The notes under the pieces were generated by a model. The model saw only the letters and a program-made list of their open reading frames with translations. It was not told the DNA's origin and made no database searches. The translations under genes were made by a program, and so were the position numbers. From the NCBI GenBank assembly GCA_034414595.1, contig DAOULY010000004.1:21156-85155 (forward strand): DNA of 64,000 nt. The letters run 5' to 3'. How positions within the stretch are numbered: the stretch's first letter is position 1; every line of letters starts with the position of its first letter. The DNA is from Dehalococcoidia bacterium (GTDB lineage Bacteria; Chloroflexota; Dehalococcoidia; SZUA-161; JAUWZY01). Shown piece after piece: positions 28,399-37,417 of this stretch.

Positions 28399-29883
28399 AT
28401 GGAAGATACTGAGCGTCGACCCGACAAGTCAGACACCATTGTGCGCAGCCCTCATCTCTGGGTAATCGCTGCTCTGATAGTCATTCTTGGTTTGAGTTAC
28501 TATGCTGACCAGTTCGGTTCAAGCTTGATCCTCTTCGGCGAGAAGTTCTTTACAAGCGAGTATCTTCATGACCTGCATCGTTCCCTATTCCTGATCCCTA
28601 TGCTCTATGCTGCTGCTGCGTTTCACCTCAGAGGGGCACTGGTGGTTTCCTTTGTCGCCCTGTGCGTAGTCCTGCCCCGGGCTATTTTTATCTCTCCCAA
28701 TCCCGACCCAATATTCAGGGCAGTGATCTTTATCGTGCTTGCTGGCCTCGCCGCTGCCCTGCTTGGCTTGGAGCAAGATCGAAGACAGAGGGAGAGAGCC
28801 GCCGTTCGCGAGCTGGACTCGGCTCATCAGGAGCTTCAGAGCAGCACCGAGCTGCTCAGGGCTTCTGAGGCACGCTACCGCGACTTATTTGACAGTGCCA
28901 GCGAGGCCATCTTCATTCACGACTTGGAGGGCAACATTGTTGAGGCCAATCAAGCGGCGGCAATGCTCACTGGCTACAGGGTTGAAGAGCTGGCACGGAT
29001 GAACATGTCCCAATTACTCTCCGCCGAGAGCTTGGAATCTGATATGGAAAGGCAGCAGGGCCTGCTCGAAGGTACGGCTGCCACTCAGCGCTACGAATTA
29101 GAGCTGATCACGAGGGACGGGGCCAAGCGGACTATCGAGTCGGTGGCCAGGCTGATCAGTGCAGATGGTCAGCCAGCCAGTGTCCAAGAGATTGTCAGGG
29201 ACGTAACAGAGCAAAAGCAGATTCGTGAGAATCTACAATTCTACATTTCTCAGATCACTAGGGCTCAAGAGGAGGAGCGAAAGCGTATCTCACGCGACCT
29301 GCATGACGAGACAGCTCAAGGCCTAGCTAGCCTGCTGCTAGACATCGAGGCTATATGTAGGGGCAGGGACCAATTATCAGACGAAACAATGCGATACCTG
29401 GAGCAACTTCGTGCCAAGGCCAGAAGCATAATGGATGAAGTGCGTCGCTTTAGCCACCAGCTGCGCCCTGGGATTCTTGACCAAATTGGCCTTGTCCCAG
29501 CGCTAGAAATGCTAGCCGATGAGCTAAAGGAGGGGGGAGGAATCGATGCTTGCGTCCAGGTAATTGGTGCCAAGCGGCGCCTATCACCCGAGGCGGAGTT
29601 GGTGCTGTTCCGCATTGCTCAGGAGGCGCTGAATAATGTCAGGAAGCACTCTCAGGCAACAGAGGCTGCCGTCAGGGTCGAATTTGGCTCGGAGAAGGTA
29701 AGGCTTGAAGTCAGCGATAATGGCAAGGGATTTGAAGCACCAAGAGTACTAAGCGATTTGGCCAGTGGCGGCAAACTGGGACTGATCGGTATGCATGAGC
29801 GGGCCCGATTGCTTGATGCTAGCTTCTCGGTTGAGTCACATCTAGACAAAGGGACGGCGGTGCAGATTGAGGTGGCAGGGTAG
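28399..29883 (+). CDS. membrane sensor histidine kinase (PAS, HisKA_3, HATPase_c)
   Basis: N-terminal hydrophobic helices, then a PAS-like ARYRDLFDSASEAIFIHDLEGNIVEAN, an H-box RISRDLHDETAQ, and an ATPase N/G boxes NNVRKHS...DNGKGF...GLIGMHER. Confidence 0.9.
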   Translation: MEDTERRPDKSDTIVRSPHLWVIAALIVILGLSYYADQFGSSLILFGEKFFTSEYLHDLHRSLFLIPMLYAAAAFHLRGALVVSFVALCVVLPRAIFISPNPDPIFRAVIFIVLAGLAAALLGLEQDRRQRERAAVRELDSAHQELQSSTELLRASEARYRDLFDSASEAIFIHDLEGNIVEANQAAAMLTGYRVEELARMNMSQLLSAESLESDMERQQGLLEGTAATQRYELELITRDGAKRTIESVARLISADGQPASVQEIVRDVTEQKQIRENLQFYISQITRAQEEERKRISRDLHDETAQGLASLLLDIEAICRGRDQLSDETMRYLEQLRAKARSIMDEVRRFSHQLRPGILDQIGLVPALEMLADELKEGGGIDACVQVIGAKRRLSPEAELVLFRIAQEALNNVRKHSQATEAAVRVEFGSEKVRLEVSDNGKGFEAPRVLSDLASGGKLGLIGMHERARLLDASFSVESHLDKGTAVQIEVAG

Positions 29884-29904
29884 GTCTTGTATCTCTATGT
29901 TGAA

Positions 29905-31893
29905 CTAAAGCGGAACTTCAGCGACTACTGTTGTTCCCTTGCCTGGCGCAGACTGCACAATCAGGGTGCCGTTGACCAACCTGACCCGCTCGTTCATCCC
30001 GGCCAACCCCAGCTTGCCCAGGCTAGCAAGGTCTCCCGGCCTTTGCGGTAATTCAAAGCCCTTGCCATTATCGCTGACGCTCACCCGTACCTCGTTGTCG
30101 TTGAACTCTATGGTAAGCTTGGCTGCCGAAGCTCGAGCGTGTCGCCATATATTCCTCACTGCCTCCTGGGCGATACGAAACAGCATCACCTCTACCTCGG
30201 GACGCAGACGTCTGGCCTCGCCAGTCACTTCAAAGCTGGTAGCAATCCCCTGTTTTTCCAGGTCACTGGCTAAGAGTTCCAGCGCTGGCAGCAATCCGAG
30301 GTCATCCAGCACTGAGGGTCTTAGGTCATGGCTGAAGCGACGCAGGCCCTGCAATGTAGCTTCTACTTGCTGCTTGAGGTTGGCCACGTGTTTAGGGCTT
30401 TCCTCTGAAAGCTCACCATCGCTAGAAGCAATCTTGTCTAACTGGCGTGAAATGACGATTAAGTTCTGCACTGTATCGTCGTGTAATTCCCGGGCGATGC
30501 GCTTGCGCTCCTCCTCTTGGGCCCGGGTCAGCTGCTCTAGGTAGTAGCGAAGGTTCTCCTGCATCCGCCTTTCCTCCGTTACGTCCCTGGCAGCATGCTG
30601 AAAACCAATTGGTTGCCCATCACGGGTGATCAAACTGGTCGTCATCTGCACAATCGCCTTTGCTCCACCTTTCTTGACCAATTCCACCTCACAACGATGG
30701 TCAACGGGCTCGTTCTGAAGTAATCCCTGCTCAATCTCATCAATGTATGGTTTGCTATCCTCGGCGATGAGTTGCCCGACGTTTATACCCTTTAGCTCCT
30801 CTGAGGAATACCCGGTGACATTCTCACAGGCCCTGTTGGCGGCGATGACGTTGCCTTCCAAGTCATGCAGCCAGATAGCATCGCTGGCATTCTCAAACAA
30901 GTAGCGATACCTCTCCTCCGATTGCCGCAACTGTCCCAGCGCTTGCTTAGTCTCCTGATAAAGACGGGCATTTTCTAGGCCGACGCCGATCTCATAGCCA
31001 ATGCTGCTCAGCAGCTCAACTTCATCGGTGTGAAACTGCCAGGGCGTGTGCTTGGCTACACAAAGGGTGCCCACTACCGTTCCTTTGGAGCGCAAAGGAA
31101 CGATGAGCTGAGACCTTATTCCCTCTGTGATTACTACCTCTCGGCTCAGCAGCGGGTTGATGGTAGCATCCTCCACCATAAGTGGTTCTCCCGTTTTAGC
31201 TACTGTTCCATTGAAGCCCTCTCCCACCTTCACCCTCCTCACTCCGGCCACGAATTCCTCTGAGACCCCTTTGTAGAACTCCAGCTCGAGCTCCTGCTCC
31301 TTGACGTTCAGCAAGTAGATCAAAATCACCTCTACACTCATTATTTGCATGACTCTACCAGAGACGAGATGGAGGATCTCATTGAGTTCCAGGGACTGAC
31401 TGATGAGATTGGAGATGGCGTTCAAGGTGGCCAGTCGTTGCTCATTCTTCTCGATGACGGCAACGTGCTGGCGCAGTTCCTCTTGAGCGGCTTCCAGCCA
31501 TAGCATTGCGACCCGGCGGCGCTCCTTCTCCCTCTCATACCCCTGGAACCAAGTATTCACCAGGGCGCCAATAACAAGGACAAGGGTCGTCTCTATCAGA
31601 GCATCAGCCGGGGCGGGCGAGACAAATATGGCCCGGGGGAACATAACCACGGCAGCGACCACCAAACAGGTCAGCCCTCCCCTCAGCCCATAAATGAACC
31701 CCCCGTAGGTTATGGGAAGGAGGAATAGGACTCGCTCCATTGCATGGCGAGTCAGCCCGAATTGAACTGACTCTAGGAAACTTACCTGCTCGTTGTAGTG
31801 AAGCAATGTGCCTATGGCAAACATGGCCACCAAGAGCCAGAAATGAGGGCTTTGAACGATTCTGGGCAATCTCTTCGCCAGTTTTGCTGCCAT
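29905..31893 (-). CDS. membrane sensor histidine kinase (GAF, PAS, HisKA_3, HATPase_c)
   Basis: Paralog of 28399-29883 with an extra GAF-like segment. H-box RIARELHDDTVQ. DNGKGF...GLAGMNER. Confidence 0.9.
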   Translation of the reverse strand: MAAKLAKRLPRIVQSPHFWLLVAMFAIGTLLHYNEQVSFLESVQFGLTRHAMERVLFLLPITYGGFIYGLRGGLTCLVVAAVVMFPRAIFVSPAPADALIETTLVLVIGALVNTWFQGYEREKERRRVAMLWLEAAQEELRQHVAVIEKNEQRLATLNAISNLISQSLELNEILHLVSGRVMQIMSVEVILIYLLNVKEQELELEFYKGVSEEFVAGVRRVKVGEGFNGTVAKTGEPLMVEDATINPLLSREVVITEGIRSQLIVPLRSKGTVVGTLCVAKHTPWQFHTDEVELLSSIGYEIGVGLENARLYQETKQALGQLRQSEERYRYLFENASDAIWLHDLEGNVIAANRACENVTGYSSEELKGINVGQLIAEDSKPYIDEIEQGLLQNEPVDHRCEVELVKKGGAKAIVQMTTSLITRDGQPIGFQHAARDVTEERRMQENLRYYLEQLTRAQEEERKRIARELHDDTVQNLIVISRQLDKIASSDGELSEESPKHVANLKQQVEATLQGLRRFSHDLRPSVLDDLGLLPALELLASDLEKQGIATSFEVTGEARRLRPEVEVMLFRIAQEAVRNIWRHARASAAKLTIEFNDNEVRVSVSDNGKGFELPQRPGDLASLGKLGLAGMNERVRLVNGTLIVQSAPGKGTTVVAEVPL

Positions 31894-31911
31894 GGTTGTG
31901 CCTGGGCTGTC

Positions 31912-32640
31912 TTAGGACTCGGATATATCCTCTAAGGTGAGAAGTCCTTTCTTCAGCCCGCAGATCACGGCCTCAGTGCGCGAACCCACCATGAGCTTGT
32001 TGAAGATGTTACCCAGATGGGCCTGAACGGTGCGTACGCTCAGGTCGAGCTTGTCGGCGATTTCCTTATTGCTCCGTCCCCTGGCAGCCAGCCGCAGCAC
32101 TTCCATCTCCCTGTCGGTGAGTTCCTGGCCCTTAGGCTCCTTGATGCCAGAACGGACAAAGCGGTCCAGAGCCTTGCGGGCAATAACAGGGTGTAGCACT
32201 GATTCGCCAGCGTGCACTGCCCGAACAGCTTCAATTACCTCCCGCCCCCGGACGTCTTTCAGCAAGTAACCGGCGGCCCCGGCCTCGAGAAGGGCGAAGA
32301 CGTACTGATCGTAGTCATAGGCGGTCAGTATCAACACCGCTGTGCTTGGTGAGATGACTTTTATCTGCTTGGTAGCCTCAATCCCGTTAAGCTTGGGCAT
32401 GGAGATGTCCACTATGGCCACATCAGGCTTGAGTTCCTTCACCAGCCTGACCGTCTCTTCGCCATCTCCAGCCTCGCCGATGACCTCCAGGTCGGCCTCC
32501 TTTTGCAATAGCTCGCGGGTGCCATCGCGCACCACCACATGGTCATCGGCAATAACGACGGTGATCTTATCCTTGCTCACGCTCTCATTATATCCCGCAC
32601 AGGATGCAAGTTCAACCGACATAACAACTAGAAAATCCAT
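31912..32640 (-). CDS. NarL/LuxR-family response regulator (start uncertain)
   Basis: ITVVIADDH...IVDISMP...TAY receiver plus LTDREMEVLRLAARGRSNKEIADKLDLSVRTVQAH. The true start may be the internal GTG near 32580. Confidence 0.85.
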   Translation of the reverse strand: MDFLVVMSVELASCAGYNESVSKDKITVVIADDHVVVRDGTRELLQKEADLEVIGEAGDGEETVRLVKELKPDVAIVDISMPKLNGIEATKQIKVISPSTAVLILTAYDYDQYVFALLEAGAAGYLLKDVRGREVIEAVRAVHAGESVLHPVIARKALDRFVRSGIKEPKGQELTDREMEVLRLAARGRSNKEIADKLDLSVRTVQAHLGNIFNKLMVGSRTEAVICGLKKGLLTLEDISES

Positions 32641-32810
32641 CGGTCTCTTAGGCCAAAGTGCTTATTACCCCAAGACCAACATAGGTCGGCTTGCCGATGT
32701 GGCCTGTATACATGGATGATATGCTGTTATTGGATGAGGTAAATCTTACCGATTTATGGGAGCAGTAGATGCTGGTTGCATTATTTCTGCTCTTGCCTTG
32801 TTGAGGGTGG

Positions 32811-33914
32811 TTGAACATGGGGCCGAGCGCTTTACGGATAGGCCAGGAGCAACTATTAGAGGCGCGGCAGGAACTCAGGTTAGCCCTGCGCTTGGAGCAG
32901 GTGAACCTGCTGGAGCTCAGCGAGGCGGAGTTCCAACGTCTCATCCGTGAGGTGGAGAGCAGTCCCCTATTTCAGAAGCTCCGCCGAGAAGAGAAGTTAG
33001 TTCACTACCAGAAATTCCCCCGGGCGGATATTTCTCCTCACTTCTACGAACTCAAAGAAGAAATCCTGGCTGATGAGGGCTCCCTGGATGTGGAGCGACT
33101 TCTGCACCATCGGGAGGAAGTGGTAGGCTTGATCAGGAGGCTGGGGTTAGAGAGATTCAAAAGCTATTTTCTCTACCCGGATGAAGAGATGACGGTGGAG
33201 GAGATCGCTCAGGATTGTGGACTCAAACCCGCTGAGGTGGAGAGAATCCACGATTTTCTGGATGACTTCTCCATCATGAGTGAGTTCTACCATCCCTCCA
33301 CCCTCAGCCCCAGCCGTGTGCACTATTCCAGGATCGCCTCCATAGAGAGGAACTCCGGAGGTTTCATTATCGGTTATTTTTGTCCCTCCAGCGCCCGCGG
33401 GAAGTATGTTATCGATCACGAAAGATTTGAGGAGCTGGAGAGCCACGGCTATTTCAACAAGAGCGAGACCAAGGAAATTAGGAGACTGCTCCAGAAACTG
33501 CAACTTATCAATATGCGCAAGGATGTCCTGCATCGAGCACTCGAGATGGTGGTGGAGCGACAGAGGCTTTACCTGGAATCGGCTGATGAGAAGTCCTTAT
33601 TGCCTTTCACGCAAAAGGAGGTGGCTGAGAGGCTGGGGGTGGCTCCCAGCACCATCACTCGGGCGATAAGGAACAAGAGCATTGATACTCCTTGGGGTGA
33701 GGAGAGGCCTCTCAAGGACTTCTTCCCCGGTCCGAAGAAGTTCAAGAAGGAGATGATCGGGCAGGTGCTTGGGGAAGGTGGTCCGCTCAGCGACCGAGAG
33801 TTAAAAGCCCGTTTGGAAGAGCGGGGGATTTCTATCTCACGGCGATCCGTAGCCCGGCTGCGGAAGGAACTGGAGATTCAGTCGATGCGTGTTGCAGTGG
33901 AAGAGAGTGGCTGA
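32811..33914 (+). CDS. rpoN: short sigma-54 (RpoN)-like factor
   Basis: 367 aa. Gln/Leu-rich region-I-like N-terminus (LRIGQEQLLEARQELRLALRLEQVNLLELS...SSPLF). C-terminal HTH TQKEVAERLGVAPSTITRAIRNKSIDTPWG..PLKDFF and an RpoN-box-like ISRRSVARLRKE. About 60-110 aa shorter than typical RpoN. Confidence 0.75.
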   Translation: MNMGPSALRIGQEQLLEARQELRLALRLEQVNLLELSEAEFQRLIREVESSPLFQKLRREEKLVHYQKFPRADISPHFYELKEEILADEGSLDVERLLHHREEVVGLIRRLGLERFKSYFLYPDEEMTVEEIAQDCGLKPAEVERIHDFLDDFSIMSEFYHPSTLSPSRVHYSRIASIERNSGGFIIGYFCPSSARGKYVIDHERFEELESHGYFNKSETKEIRRLLQKLQLINMRKDVLHRALEMVVERQRLYLESADEKSLLPFTQKEVAERLGVAPSTITRAIRNKSIDTPWGEERPLKDFFPGPKKFKKEMIGQVLGEGGPLSDRELKARLEERGISISRRSVARLRKELEIQSMRVAVEESG

Positions 33915-33916
33915 AG

Positions 33917-35878
33917 GTGAGCGTTATATATACGCTATCGGAGAAGTGCCGCAGGTGTTATGCCTGTGTCCGCAACTGTCCGGTAAAAGCGATCCGCATC
34001 AGGCAGGGCCAGGCCGAAGTGGTGAAGGAACGCTGCGTCAGCTGTGGGACCTGCGTACAGGTCTGCAGCCAAGGGGCCAAGCAATATGAACGGGGTACTG
34101 GAGCTGTGTGGAATATGCTGGACGGTCGCTTACCAGTGATTGCTCTTCTCGACCCCTCTTTCCCGGCAGCATTTCCTGAGGCGCAGCCTGGCCAGGTGGT
34201 CACTGCTCTTCAAAAGCTGGGCTTCAGCGAGGTGATGGAGGCCGCTTTTGGCGCTGAGCTCATCGCCATGAAATACAAACAGTTGCTGGAAAGAAAAGGT
34301 GACAAAACCCTCATAGTGTCCCAGTGTCCTGCAGTGGTAGCCTATGTGGAGAAACATCACCCTGAGTTGATTCCTAATTTGGCACCTATAGTATCCCCGA
34401 TGATCGCCATGGGGCGTTTGATCAAGCAGAAACACAATCCTGCGGCTAAAGTGGTCTTCATCGGACCCTGTATCGCCAGAAAAAATGAAGCAGCGGATGA
34501 AAAAGTGGCCGGTGCGATTGATGCTGTACTGGCCTTCGTCGAACTCCGTGAGATGCTGTCCGCCAGGGGGATCGATCCCTCTCGTGAGCCGCTCAGCGAA
34601 TTCTCCGGGCCTCAGTCACGCACTGCCCGGGCACGTCCCCTTTATGCAAGTTTCCTCAGGTTGGTACCTCACTCGGACGATTCCAGGTTGGAGAGGGTAA
34701 TTGTAGCCAGGGTGAAAGAGTATGCCATCCAGGTCTTTCGTGATCTGGCTGAGGGACATATCAGGCCCCCTATTGTGGATGCCTATTTTTGTCCTTGCAT
34801 TGATAGCCCGTTTATCGGGAATGAGCTGAGTTTCTTTCAGAGGCGGGAGCTGATCGCCAATTATGCCGGAGACCAAACAAAGCTTGAATCAGACGAGGGT
34901 GAGATTATTGAAGAGTACGCTGACATCGATCTCAGGCGCTCTTTCACCGCAGGGACACCTTCTCGGCCACATGCTACTGAGCAGGAGATCGAAGAGGTGC
35001 TGGCTCGGATCAACCGAGCAAAGCCGGAGGACAGACTTGATTGTGGGGCCTGCGGCTATAATACCTGCCGTGAGATGGCGATCGCCATTTGTCAGGGCTT
35101 GGCCGAGGACGAGATGTGCTGGCCTTACCTAATCGAGCGATCTGAGGCTACCCAGCAGGAACTTATTCAGACAGAGAAGTTGACATCACTTGGCCAGATT
35201 GCTGCCGCCATTGCCCATGAGATCAACAACCCGCTGGCAGGGGTTCTGATTTATATCAAACTACTACTGAAGAGGGTTGGCGCGAATACTCTTAAGAGTG
35301 AGGACCTCTTAAGCTATCTTCCCAAAATGGAGTCAGAGATTAGCCGCTGCTCTGGCATCATCCGCAATCTTCTGGACTTCGCCCGACAAAAGGAGCCAAT
35401 GTTCCGGGAGGTGAATATCAACCAAGTTCTGGAAAATGCATTTTCCCTGGTAGCACATCAGGCTCAGATGCAGAACATCGAGGTGAGAAAAGAACTGAGC
35501 CCGTCTCTGCCCGTTATTGTTGCTGATCCTGACCAGCTCCAGCAGGTGTGTACTAACCTCGTTCTCAACGCCATCCAGGCAATGCCTCAGAGTGGCATGC
35601 TGACTCTGCGCACTGCCACATTTGATGATCGGGTCAAGATTGACATCGGGGACACCGGCTGTGGCATCCCTAAGGAAAATCTGCCCAGACTTTTCACTCC
35701 CTTTTTTACTACCAAGGAGAGGGGAAAAGGAGTCGGACTGGGATTGGCTGTGGTTCATGGGATAATCGAGCGACACAAGGGGAAAATAGAGGTGCAGAGC
35801 GAGGTGGGGAAGGGAACCACCTTCAGCATCTATCTGGGAGTCTCCAGTGGAGAAGAAGATCAAAATCCTGGTCGTTGA
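33917..35878 (+). CDS. sensor histidine kinase with N-terminal 2x[4Fe-4S] + [FeFe]-hydrogenase large-subunit-like domain + RnfB-type Fe-S motif
   Basis: CRRCYACVRNCP/CVSCGTCVQVC. The hydrogenase-like core is LQKLGFSEVMEAAFGAELIA...VSQCPAVVAYVEKHHPELIPNLAPIVSP...FIGPCIARKNEA...FCPC. Then LDCGACGYNTCREMAIAIC. Then HisKA LGQIAAAIAHEINNPL and HATPase DTGCGI...GLGLAV. Confidence 0.85.
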   Translation: MSVIYTLSEKCRRCYACVRNCPVKAIRIRQGQAEVVKERCVSCGTCVQVCSQGAKQYERGTGAVWNMLDGRLPVIALLDPSFPAAFPEAQPGQVVTALQKLGFSEVMEAAFGAELIAMKYKQLLERKGDKTLIVSQCPAVVAYVEKHHPELIPNLAPIVSPMIAMGRLIKQKHNPAAKVVFIGPCIARKNEAADEKVAGAIDAVLAFVELREMLSARGIDPSREPLSEFSGPQSRTARARPLYASFLRLVPHSDDSRLERVIVARVKEYAIQVFRDLAEGHIRPPIVDAYFCPCIDSPFIGNELSFFQRRELIANYAGDQTKLESDEGEIIEEYADIDLRRSFTAGTPSRPHATEQEIEEVLARINRAKPEDRLDCGACGYNTCREMAIAICQGLAEDEMCWPYLIERSEATQQELIQTEKLTSLGQIAAAIAHEINNPLAGVLIYIKLLLKRVGANTLKSEDLLSYLPKMESEISRCSGIIRNLLDFARQKEPMFREVNINQVLENAFSLVAHQAQMQNIEVRKELSPSLPVIVADPDQLQQVCTNLVLNAIQAMPQSGMLTLRTATFDDRVKIDIGDTGCGIPKENLPRLFTPFFTTKERGKGVGLGLAVVHGIIERHKGKIEVQSEVGKGTTFSIYLGVSSGEEDQNPGR

Positions 35879-37208
35879 CGATGAAGCCATTGTTCGTGAA
35901 GCGCTGAGCGAGTGGCTTAGGGACGCCGGATATCAGGTGCTCACTGCCGAAAATGGCCCCAGTGCACTGGAGCTGATCGAAAGGGAGAAAGTGGAGGTCG
36001 TCCTGGCCGATCTGGTGATGCCGGGCATGGACGGCCTGGAGTTGATGAGAAAAGCCAGGGAGATCTCACCACGTATCGGAGTGGTCATTATCACTGCCTA
36101 TGGGACTATACCCACTGCTATCACGGCGATAAAGGAAGGAGCCTACGATTTCATCGAGAAGCCATTCTGTCCCGAACGAGTGGAATCGGTCATCCAGAAG
36201 CTGGCAGAGCATCACCGGCTGATAAAGGAGAACATCTCCCTCCGGCAGAGACTGGAGGATCGCTACCGCTTTGAGAACATTGTCGCCAAGAGCCACAAGA
36301 TGCAGCAGATATTCGAGGTGGTGAGGACAATAGCCCAGAGCAATACCACAGTGCTGATCACCGGCGAGAGCGGCACTGGTAAGGAACTTATCGCCCGGGC
36401 GATTCATAATTTGAGTCCACGGCGGGAACGGCCATTCGTCGCGGTTAGCTGCGCTGCTCTGCCGGAGACCCTTCTGGAGAGTGAACTATTTGGACATGAG
36501 AGGGGTGCCTTCACCGGTGCTATCGCCCAGAGGAAAGGCCGATTTGAACTGGCCCACCACGGGACTCTCTTCTTAGACGAAATCGGTGAGATAAGCGCCA
36601 ACATGCAGGTTCACTTATTGCGAGTGCTGGAAGACAAGGAATTTACTCGTGTTGGTGGTACCCAGCCGAGTAAGGTGGATGTACGCATCATCTCGGCTAC
36701 CAATAAGAATCTCGAGGAGACGGTGGCCAGGGGTGAATTTCGGGAAGACCTCTACTATCGGCTCAATGTGGTTGCCATCCGCCTGCCCCCGCTCAGAGAG
36801 AGAGCCGAGGATATCCCTCTTCTGGCCCAGCACTTCTTGGATAAGTTCGTTCAGGAGAACCAGAAAGCTGACTTGGAATTGTCTCCTGATGCTATGGATT
36901 ACATCCTGAAATACGAATGGCCCGGTAATGTCCGAGAGTTGGAGAATGCTATCGAGAGAGCGGTAGTCCTGGCTCAGGACAGCCTGATCACTGCCGCTGC
37001 GCTCTCCCCGCAGAGTCATCTCACGCCAGCCAACGCATCTCCAGGGGAAAGCCTTGAAGAACTTGAGAAGAATCACATAGTCAATGTTCTTATGGCAACT
37101 GGGGGGAACTACAGCCAGGCGGCCAGAATCTTGGGCATTACCCGAACAACACTCTATAACAAAGTGAAGAGCTATGGAGTCGATGTAAAGAAATTGGTCA
37201 GTGGTTGA
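35847..37208 (+). CDS. sigma-54-dependent NtrC-family response regulator (REC-AAA+-Fis HTH)
   Basis: KILVVDDE...LADLVMPGMDG receiver. GESGTGKE Walker A, ESELFGHERGAFTGA (GAFTGA loop), LFLDEI. C-terminal GNYSQAARILGITRTTLYNKV. GTG start overlaps the kinase stop. Confidence 0.92.
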   Translation: MEKKIKILVVDDEAIVREALSEWLRDAGYQVLTAENGPSALELIEREKVEVVLADLVMPGMDGLELMRKAREISPRIGVVIITAYGTIPTAITAIKEGAYDFIEKPFCPERVESVIQKLAEHHRLIKENISLRQRLEDRYRFENIVAKSHKMQQIFEVVRTIAQSNTTVLITGESGTGKELIARAIHNLSPRRERPFVAVSCAALPETLLESELFGHERGAFTGAIAQRKGRFELAHHGTLFLDEIGEISANMQVHLLRVLEDKEFTRVGGTQPSKVDVRIISATNKNLEETVARGEFREDLYYRLNVVAIRLPPLRERAEDIPLLAQHFLDKFVQENQKADLELSPDAMDYILKYEWPGNVRELENAIERAVVLAQDSLITAAALSPQSHLTPANASPGESLEELEKNHIVNVLMATGGNYSQAARILGITRTTLYNKVKSYGVDVKKLVSG

Positions 37209-37272
37209 CCAATTTCTTTACAGGTCTACTACCAGCTTAGATAGAATATAGCAGAACCCACTGGGGGTGTAG

Positions 37273-37302
37273 GCTGTTCCGAAGCTGCGGAACAGCTTTT
37301 TT
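37273..37302 (+). terminator. rho-independent terminator after the NtrC-like gene
   Basis: gctgttccg / cggaacagc 9-bp stem, 6-nt loop, then TTTTTT. Confidence 0.8.
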
Positions 37303-37306
37303 GTTT

Positions 37307-37323
37307 TGGCCATCAAATTGCAT
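37307..37323 (+). promoter_or_regulatory. sigma-54 (-24/-12) promoter
   Basis: TGGCCATCAAATTGCAT versus the consensus TGGCAC-N5-TTGCW. GG and GC are separated by exactly 10 nt and the full TTGCA is present. It lies about 95 nt upstream of the 37418 ATG and directly after a terminator. Confidence 0.75.
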
Positions 37324-37417
37324 GTAAAAAGGGTGGAGAGGATAGAAAGGAAGGTGAGCGGAGATGAGAGACGCAGGAATTCAAAGGGAAATCGAATTGG
37401 GAAAGGAGGTAGAAGAG

